A stretch of DNA of 40,776 nucleotides from a virus. Shown here piece by piece: positions 38,256-40,776 of this stretch. A program made the translations under genes and the position numbers. Within the stretch, counting starts at the first letter, position 1; every line of letters begins with the position of its first letter. Location: the UHGV virus genome UHGV-0210060. The stretch is one strand, 5' to 3'. Under the pieces are notes generated by a model that was not told the DNA's origin, ran no database searches, and worked only from the letters and a program-made list of their open reading frames with translations.

Positions 38256-38279
38256 AAAAAAGCCCCGCGAATGCGAGGC
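38256..38279 (-). terminator. intrinsic terminator between Rz and rha inside the late operon
   Basis: Minus strand GCCTCGC-att-CGCGGGGC (one mismatch) followed by TTTTTT. Confidence 0.55.
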
Positions 38280-38454
38280 TAAATCCTGGTATTTGTAATG
38301 ATCTGGCTCTTATCTCAACGCAACCCCTTACTGCGCGCCAGATGCTCAATATCAAGCATCAGCAATGAGATGTTTAATCTGGATTCACTCCAGAAGCGAT
38401 CACCACCCTGTCTACAGAGCCAGATGTGAAGGATGATGAGTAAAATTATCGCTA

Positions 38455-38922
38455 TCATCGAAGGCATTGCGTCCTGATGTATTCCTGAAGCGTTCTCAGT
38501 GCTGTTTGGTCGCGGATAATTCCGTCCCGGATACCGAGAACGTTTCGTCCAGCAACTGGAGAGAGTTCGACGGTGGCATCATTGCCCATGCCGGAGGCGC
38601 TGGAGGTTTCGTCTGAGGATGGCACAGGGCATTTTCCTTTGACGAGCACCCTGCCACCATTATCAAGCTTCCGCCGAAGAGCATCATTTTCAGCTTTCGC
38701 ATCAGCTAACTCCTTCGTGTATTTAGCATCAAGTGCATCAGCATCACGCTGGCGCTGCTGCATGTCAGTAATGGTGGCGGTCGCCTGCTTCAGCTCACTG
38801 ACTTTTTTATCGCGCTGTTCTTTGTAGGCGATGGCGTTATCACGGTAATGATTAACAGCCCATGACAGGCAGACGATGACGCAGATAACCAGAGCGGAGA
38901 TAATCGCGGTGACTCTGCTCAT
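38455..38922 (-). CDS. Rz: Rz i-spanin
   Basis: [34 protein letters not shown]...[20 protein letters not shown] is lambda Rz-like. Confidence 0.9.
   Translation of the reverse strand: MSRVTAIISALVICVIVCLSWAVNHYRDNAIAYKEQRDKKVSELKQATATITDMQQRQRDADALDAKYTKELADAKAENDALRRKLDNGGRVLVKGKCPVPSSDETSSASGMGNDATVELSPVAGRNVLGIRDGIIRDQTALRTLQEYIRTQCLR
38496..38702 (-). CDS. Rz1: Rz1 o-spanin lipoprotein embedded in Rz in another frame
   Basis: [22 protein letters not shown]... with lipobox-like VAGC and proline-rich PPAPPAW, as in lambda Rz1. Confidence 0.8.
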   Translation of the reverse strand: MRKLKMMLFGGSLIMVAGCSSKENALCHPQTKPPAPPAWAMMPPSNSLQLLDETFSVSGTELSATKQH

Positions 38923-39395
38923 GCCTCAATCTCTCTGACCGTTCCGCCTGCTTCTTTGAATTTTGCAATCAGGCGGTCAGCCTTATGCTCGAACTGACCA
39001 TAACCAGCCCCCGGAAGTGAAGCCCAGATATTACTGCAACGGTCGATTGCCTGACGAATATCACCGTGGTCAATCATCGGTAAAGCGCCACGCTCCTTAA
39101 TCTGCTGCAGTGCAACTGCGTCCTGGCTTTTCGGAGAGAAATCTTTCAAGCCAAGCTGCTTACGATAGGCATCCCACCAACGGGAAAGAAGCTGGTAACG
39201 TCCTGCGGCTGTTGATTTGAGTTTTGGGTTTAGCGTGACAAGTTTGCGAGGGTGATCGGAGTAATCAGTGAATAGCTCTCCGCCTACAATGACGTCATAA
39301 CCATGATTTCTGGTTTTCTGACGTCCGTTATCAGTTCCCTCCGACCACGCCAGCATATCGAGGAACGCCTTACGTTGATTATTGATTTCCACCAT
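38919..39395 (-). CDS. R: endolysin R (lytic transglycosylase)
   Basis: 158 aa; [51 protein letters not shown]... is near-identical to lambda R. Confidence 0.95.
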   Translation of the reverse strand: MVEINNQRKAFLDMLAWSEGTDNGRQKTRNHGYDVIVGGELFTDYSDHPRKLVTLNPKLKSTAAGRYQLLSRWWDAYRKQLGLKDFSPKSQDAVALQQIKERGALPMIDHGDIRQAIDRCSNIWASLPGAGYGQFEHKADRLIAKFKEAGGTVREIEA

Positions 39396-39702
39396 CTTCT
39401 ACTCCGGCTTTTTTAGCAGCGAAGCGTTTGATAAGCGAACCAATCGAGTCAGTACCGATGTAGCCGATGAACACGCTCGTTATATAAGCGAGATTGCTAC
39501 TTAGTCCGGCGAAGTCGAGAAGGTCACGAATGAACCAGGCGATAATGGCGCACATCGTTGCGTCGATTACTGTTTTTGTAAACGCACCGCCATTATATCT
39601 GCCGCGAAGGTACGCCATTGCAAACGCAAGGATTGCCCCGATGCCTTGTTCCTTTGCCGCGAGAATGGCGGCTAACAGGTCATGTTTTTCTGGCATCTTC
39701 AT
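39379..39702 (-). CDS. S: holin S (dual-start)
   Basis: 107 aa beginning [35 protein letters not shown]..., near-identical to lambda S. Confidence 0.95.
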   Translation of the reverse strand: MKMPEKHDLLAAILAAKEQGIGAILAFAMAYLRGRYNGGAFTKTVIDATMCAIIAWFIRDLLDFAGLSSNLAYITSVFIGYIGTDSIGSLIKRFAAKKAGVEDGGNQ

Positions 39703-40002
39703 GTCTTACCCCCAATAAGGGGATTTGCTCTATTTAATTAGGAATAAGGTCGATTACTGATAGAACAAATCCAGGCTACTGTGTTTAGTAATCAGATTTG
39801 TTCGTGACCGATATGCACGGGCAAAACGGCAGGAGGTTGTTAGCGCAACCTCACGCCACCCGCTTTCACGAAGCCAGCCATTGCGCTGGTTTTCTTTTAT
39901 GCAAAGCACACCGCACCGTAGCCACAGCGGATAAGGTGATTATTTTGGTCTGTCTGGTATTTGGTTTGATGTGCTTTCAGAAAGGCCGTGCTTAAAACGC
40001 AA

Positions 40003-40030
40003 AAAGCCCCGAGCTATTAACTCAGGGCTT
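40003..40030 (-). terminator. tR'-like intrinsic terminator ~55 nt downstream of pR'
   Basis: Minus strand GCCCTGAG-ttaatag-CTCGGGGC + TTTTT. Confidence 0.7.
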
Positions 40031-40064
40031 TATTTAACGAGTGCATTTATCCATCGTTGGGTCA

Positions 40065-40093
40065 AATTTACCCAAATTTATTCAAAAAGTCAA
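40065..40093 (-). promoter_or_regulatory. late promoter pR' with qut region
   Basis: Minus strand TTGACT-17-TAAATT followed by ACGATGGATAAATGCACTCG, closely similar to the lambda pR' initial transcribed region. Confidence 0.75.
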
Positions 40094-40135
40094 TATTATG
40101 CCGTTAATATGTTGCCATCCGTGGCAATCATGCTG

Positions 40136-40759
40136 CTAACGTGTGACAGCATTCAAAATGTTGTCTGCGATTGACTCTTCTTTGTGGCATTGCACCACCA
40201 GAGCGTCATACAGCGGCTTAACAGTGCGTGACCAGGTGGGTTGAGTAAGGTTTGGGATTAGCATCGTTACAGCGCGATATGCGGCGCTTGCTGGCATCCT
40301 TGAATAACCGACGCCTTTGCATCTTCCGCACTCTTTCTCGACAACTCTCCCCCACTGCTCTGTTTTTGCTATATCAACCGCACGGCCTGTACCGTGGCAA
40401 TCTCTGCACCTTGCTCCCGGCGTCGCGGCACTACGGCAATAATCCGCATAAGCGAATGTTGCGAGCACTTGCAGTACCTTTGCCTTAGTATTTCCTTCAA
40501 GCTTTGCAACGCCACGGTATTTCCCCGATACCTTGTGTGCAAATTGCATCAGATAGTTGATAGCCTTTTGTTTGTCGTTCTGGCTGAGTTCATGCTTACC
40601 GCAGAATGCAGCCATTCCGAATCCGGCTTGTGATTGCGCCATCCCCATAGCAGCCATCACATCAGTACCGGAAAGAGAGTCAGAAGCCGTAGCCCGTGGT
40701 GAGTCGCTCATCATCGGGCTTTTTGGCGAATGAAATTTAGCTACGCTTTCGAGTCTCAT
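40136..40759 (-). CDS. Q: late antiterminator Q (lambda type)
   Basis: 207 aa; MRLESVAKFHSPKSPMMSDSPRATASDSLSGTDVMAAMGMAQSQAGFGMAAFCGKHELSQNDKQKAINYLMQFAHK... essentially lambda Q. Confidence 0.95.
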   Translation of the reverse strand: MRLESVAKFHSPKSPMMSDSPRATASDSLSGTDVMAAMGMAQSQAGFGMAAFCGKHELSQNDKQKAINYLMQFAHKVSGKYRGVAKLEGNTKAKVLQVLATFAYADYCRSAATPGARCRDCHGTGRAVDIAKTEQWGRVVEKECGRCKGVGYSRMPASAAYRAVTMLIPNLTQPTWSRTVKPLYDALVVQCHKEESIADNILNAVTR

Positions 40760-40776
40760 CGTCTTCCCCTCTTGCC

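Noticed and set aside
38281-38454. Short plus-strand ORF (~23 aa) downstream of Rz, where lambda carries bor on the opposite strand
   Set aside because: Too short, no RBS and no lipoprotein signal; no Bor-like gene is present.
1-40776. CRISPR arrays, rRNA or tRNA genes, insertion sequences
   Set aside because: No regularly spaced direct repeats with unique spacers, no transposase-like ORF with terminal inverted repeats, and no tRNA-like structure was seen; the only periodic repeats are the ori iterons and operator half-sites.

Overview
The window reads as a complete, circularly permuted genome (~40.8 kb) of a temperate lambdoid podovirus with a P22/Sf6-type virion, not an integrated prophage. 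Two observations support this: attP is intact with both arms (core 16974..16988), and a NinH-like ORF starting at 168 (minus strand) runs off position 1 and continues in frame across the end-to-start junction, stopping on the Q start codon at 40759. Everything here is by-eye recognition of sequence and motifs; no database search was run. Layout: (i) minus strand 6966->1, early-right operon: O-like initiator with in-gene iterons, Toprim/helicase fusion, an AT-rich block of two paralogous soluble proteins interleaved with three small hydrophobic proteins, then NinB, NinE, a C5 cytosine methyltransferase, NinF, YbcO-like, RusA, NinH. (ii) 7138..9335, immunity region: cII and cro on minus, cI on plus followed by a two-ORF cassette and terminator in the rex position. 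(iii) plus strand 9470..16900, early-left operon: nutL, N, cIII, a Rad52-like annealing protein + SSB + DEDDh exonuclease, Lar, Ea22-like, then lambda-type Xis and Int. (iv) minus strand 17478..23059: chimeric tailspike, P22-like immI (mnt / arc / ant), and a moron in the sieA position. (v) minus strand 23422..40759: P22/Sf6-order virion and packaging genes, Rha, and a lambda-type Q / S / R / Rz-Rz1 cassette with pR'/qut. The best candidates for undescribed biology are the accessory cassettes at classic moron positions: the rex-position pair after cI, the sieA-position pair with its operator array, and the paralog/small-membrane-protein block between replication and nin genes. Also notable are a methyltransferase locus readable in two frames and an SSB with a C-terminal extension. 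No CRISPR array, tRNA or rRNA was seen.
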